Assembly: GCF_009914755.1 (NCBI RefSeq) | Contig: NC_060925.1 | DNA: 64,000 bases | DNA from: the human T2T-CHM13v2.0 reference genome, Homo sapiens | Strand: one strand, 5' to 3' | Part shown: in pieces, positions 61,590 to 64,000 of the stretch | Layout: every line of letters begins with the position of its first letter | Numbering within the stretch: position 1 is the first letter of the stretch | Program-made: the position numbers and the translations under genes | Notes under the pieces: model-generated | Databases searched by the model: none | What the model saw: only the letters and a program-made list of their open reading frames with translations | Told to the model about the DNA's origin: nothing

Positions 61590-62630
61590 AATCTCTATTG
61601 GGATCACTCCACTCTGACTTGTACACTCATTTTCCCACTGATGTAGCTGTTCTCAAGTTAGAAGTTAAGTTCTCAGTCTTCATTTTATCAGTCATCTCAG
61701 CAGCATTCATTATGGTTCAGGCACTCCCTCCTATTTTCTTCGTTAGCTTCTATGACACCAGTCTCCTCATTTTTCTCCTACTCTATTAGCTGTTCCTTCT
61801 TAGTGTCTTTTTCTGACTCCTTCATTTTGACCAGATTTCTAAATACTGAAGTATGTCAGGACTCTCAGCTGTCTTCCATCTGTAGTAAATAAACTCACTG
61901 GGTGATCTTACCTAGTTTCATGAATTTTAAGTACCATCTCTTCATTGATGAGTCCCAAATTTATGTCTCATTTCTTGGCCAGTCTTCTCTTAACTACAGG
62001 CTAATATATCCAACTGTCTTCTTGATATTTCCATTTGAAGATTTAAGAAGGATTTCAAAATCTACCATCCCAAAACCAAATTATTCATTCTCCCTCTTTC
62101 AGTGTGGTCCTCCCTTAGTGTTCCTATCTCAGGAAATGACACCCTGTTGTGTTATTCTTGACTCCTTTCATACCCCGCATCTCATATACGTATCAGGCAA
62201 TGCCTCTACCTTCAAAATATATCCACATCTGACTACTGTTCTTCACATCCACCATTATTATTACCTTGGGTTTAACTACCAGTTTTTCCTTGGGTTATTG
62301 TAGCTTCCTAAGTGGTCCTAAGTGATCTTCCTGCTTCCATTCTTCTTCTGCTCCGTATAACATTGAACACTTCATAGTACACAGAAGCTATATGTAGAAT
62401 GTATGATCCTTGTAAAACATAAATTATGTTAATTTGTCTGTAGAGTCTTCTAACGACTTCCTTTTACACTTACATACATTGCAGTTTTTTCCTGTTGCTT
62501 GCAATTTCCTAATAGATCCATTCTGTTTATTTCTCTTTTCTCATTTTTTAATCACTCTTCCTCTCATACATGCAATTCCAGCCATACCATCCTTGCTTTT
62601 CCTCACATACGCCAAGCATACTCACAGTGT
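61590..62630 (+). mobile_element. L2 LINE 3' region fragment
   Basis: ctcagcagcattca; ttttaagtaccatct...tgatgagtcccaaatttatgtctc; ccttcaaaatatatcc; pyrimidine-rich L2 signature. Confidence 0.7.
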
Positions 62631-63043
62631 CTAAAAGCCAGAAATCTTCCATGAGAAATTTGTGCTTTCAGGTGTTTCAGCTGCTGAGATCGTAGTGTTC
62701 TGTTTTGTTCTCTTGATATAAGCTCTGAGAAACAGAAACTGTTTCTTTTATTTGGTTATATGGATCACAAGGATGAGAAGAATTCTGATTCAGTTAAGTA
62801 ATGTAACTAGTACTTACATTTTAATTGCATAAGATTTTATGCAGCCTACAGATTTATTGTGTAAGTACCAAAATTGCTAATTCACATCAGTTGCTTTGTT
62901 AGAAATTGACATCTCTGAGGCCAGGTGCAGTGGCTCATGCAGTCCCAGAACTTTGGGAGGCCAAGACAGGAAGAGTGCTTGAGCCCAGGAGTTTGAGACC
63001 AGCCTGGGCAATGTGGTGAAACTCCCATCTCCACAAAAAATTA

Positions 63044-63196
<153 letters not shown>

Positions 63197-63672
63197 TCAA
63201 AAAAAGAAAGAAAGAAAAAAAAGAAATTGACATCTCTGAGAAAACTGTAAATCTCCAGTGCATTTCAAAGATTTAAAAATTTTTTTTCACTTAACAGATC
63301 TTGGGAATTCATAAAGCTGCCTCATTCTCTTTAACAGCTATATAATATTCCATTAGAGGTATGTACTATAATTAAGTTAGCCTCACTGATGAACACATAC
63401 GCTGTTTTCAGTCTTTTTCTGCTATAAATATTCTTTTTCATCACTCTCTTGTGAGATTATATCTGCAGGATGAATTTGTAAAAGTTGAATTGTTGGGCTG
63501 GGCGTGGTGTCAAACGCCTGTAATCCCAGCACTTTGGGAGGCCAAGGCGGGTGGATCACCTGAGGTCAGGAGTTTTGAGACCAGCCTGGCCAACATGGTG
63601 AAACCTTGTCTCTACTAAAAATACAAAAATTAGCCGGGTGTGGTGGCAGGTGCCTGTAATCCCAGCTACTCA

Positions 63673-63812
<140 letters not shown>

Positions 63813-64000
63813 GAATTGTTGGGTCAAGAGTTCTGTGTATTCAAAGTATCAAAAACATTGCCTAATTGCTCTTTATTAGTTTTGTACCAGTTTGCATTCC
63901 TACCAGCAGTATTTGACTGCAGGGGTTGGCAAATGTTTTTCTGTTAAGGGCCAGATGGTAAATATTTTGGACTTTGCAGCCTACATATGGTCTCTTTCAA

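Overview
Human (primate) genomic DNA, not microbial. The window lies inside a large gene transcribed on the + strand. Its only clear protein-coding element is a 46-nt exon at 34408-34453 (FEQKSGAVFDEIVEN-C), which I recognise from memory as the N-terminal region of ZMYM4; the rest is intron. Roughly 70 Alu copies make up about a third of the window, alongside old L1M/L2/MIR fragments, LTRs (ERVL remnant with 5' LTR, MER51A-like, MER21-like, MLT1, THE1D-like) and DNA transposon fossils (MER20, Tigger13-like, MER6, MER58, MER2/MER2B, MER1A, MER3). There are four retrocopies of cellular RNAs: full-length 7SL, 5'-truncated SNORA62/E2 with tail and TSD, a 35-nt 5' U2 snRNA fragment, and a full-length RPL5 processed pseudogene with a 16-bp TSD. 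Nearly all ORFs in the supplied track are Alu or low-complexity artefacts. I found no convincing new biological system. The best leads are modest: a candidate alternative/poison exon at about 17954-18074 whose ATG frame joins exon 34408; RPL5 pseudogene lesions that match recurrent Diamond-Blackfan alleles as I recall them; a Tigger copy retaining transposase motifs; and an inverted-Alu deletion scar. Family names and gene identities come from recalled consensus sequences, not database searches, and repeat boundaries are approximate.
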